Positions 62,997-64,000 of a stretch of DNA of 64,000 bases are shown in pieces; the first letter of the stretch is position 1, and each line of letters starts with the position of its first letter. The position numbers were made by a program, and so were the translations under genes. The stretch spans positions 1-64,000 of the forward strand of contig JAUGWO010000128.1 of the NCBI GenBank assembly GCA_049724395.1. Direction: 5' to 3'. This DNA comes from Spongospora subterranea f. sp. subterranea. Its lineage: Eukaryota. The notes under the pieces are model-generated. The model searched no databases and was not told the DNA's origin. It saw only the letters and a program-made list of their open reading frames with translations.

Positions 62997-64000
62997 TTAC
63001 TCAGCTGCTCAGTGGCCGGAGCGCTCATCAACTACTCAGAAAGGTATGTTGCTTACGACGGCGCTTTGAAGATCCCATATTTTCAGCAAACAGAAGCCAT
63101 CGTCGCAAAGCCCGAAATTTAAAGGCCAACGGAAAAAAGATCCCCATCGTTGAGGTTTCCAGAAGCAAAAAAATTGTTCATCACTATTTCCCAACTGTAC
63201 GACACTGCGAACCGAATCACATTGACGAGGTGAGGATTGAGAATTCCCATTATTCCTTTGAAGGTTCGTTCTATTATTGGACCTGAAGAAATGCTCAAGG
63301 CCCACTCTTAATCCTATTCTCGTTAGGGTGGGGCAGAGAACAGAGAGAAAGAGCCAGAGAGAGAAAAGAAGAGCAAGTACCGAAATCAGGTCGCAGTCAT
63401 ATTATCATCCATGCGCCGATGACAGCGCTACATTCTCGCGCTGAAAATTTTGATTTTATCGAAACTATAACGAATGATATTTCCAACTCACTTCGGCCCT
63501 GCTTCCTGTCGTGATGATCAACAAGGGGCCAGCAGATTTAAATGTTCTGAAGCAACGGCCTTAACAACACAACCAAATAAAAAATGTTGACGTTGACCAC
63601 CTGTTAAGTAGCCGTCAAGAGGTTTGTTGTGAACCAGATCGTGGCACGGTCAGCTTTCTCTAACGATCTCGTAATCTCCTAATATGCTGATACTTCCCAA
63701 GATAAAGACTTGGTATAGGCAGGTAGATGAAATTAAGCCACCAATACAATTGCAACTGATATTGCGCTGGAATGATCTTATGCCTCAACCCGACGTGTCA
63801 AATCGACCAAACCGAAACCATGGAAAGGAGTTCCAAACATTGTGATTTGAGCTTGCTTTTTTCAACAGCAATATTGAGAACTATATCATGTGCGGTTATA
63901 GCAACATCGTTGGTACTCCAGAGCTGTGGAGATCTGAGAGCTGGGGTTTATGATAATATTCATCATGAGCCCTGTGCGATAACAGTCTTCAACAAAACCA

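Noticed and set aside
63000..64000. Gene at the window end
   Set aside because: No supported ORF or motif; only a small hairpin near 63300-63335

Overview
Eukaryotic nuclear DNA with short GT-AG introns. Chitin synthase, the flagellar gene CFAP61 and a SAR-type VPS29 N-terminus suggest a flagellated, chitin-making protist such as a plasmodiophorid (inference). Bases ~1-42.7 kb are a dense nest of transposable elements: Copia and chromodomain-Gypsy LTR remnants, two Harbinger-type fragments, a mariner, an apparently intact hAT (TIRs, 8-bp TSD), a full-length 6.6-kb LINE (13-bp TSD, poly-A), and three related GCM-domain Mutator-like elements. From ~44 kb the window is gene-dense: VPS29, chitin synthase, CFAP61, SmB, a coiled-coil protein, a Vti1-like SNARE and a secreted Lys/Thr-repeat Cu-only-SOD-like protein, followed by a 44-bp satellite. 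Most notable: two unrelated TE classes carry deubiquitinase-like cysteine proteases. The LINE has an OTU-like domain preceded by repeated P-F/Y-x-G-G motifs (possible polyprotein self-processing), and the GCM-DDE transposases end in a USP/C19-like domain. Each architecture is seen in two divergent copies. All domain calls are from manual motif recognition; no database searches were run.
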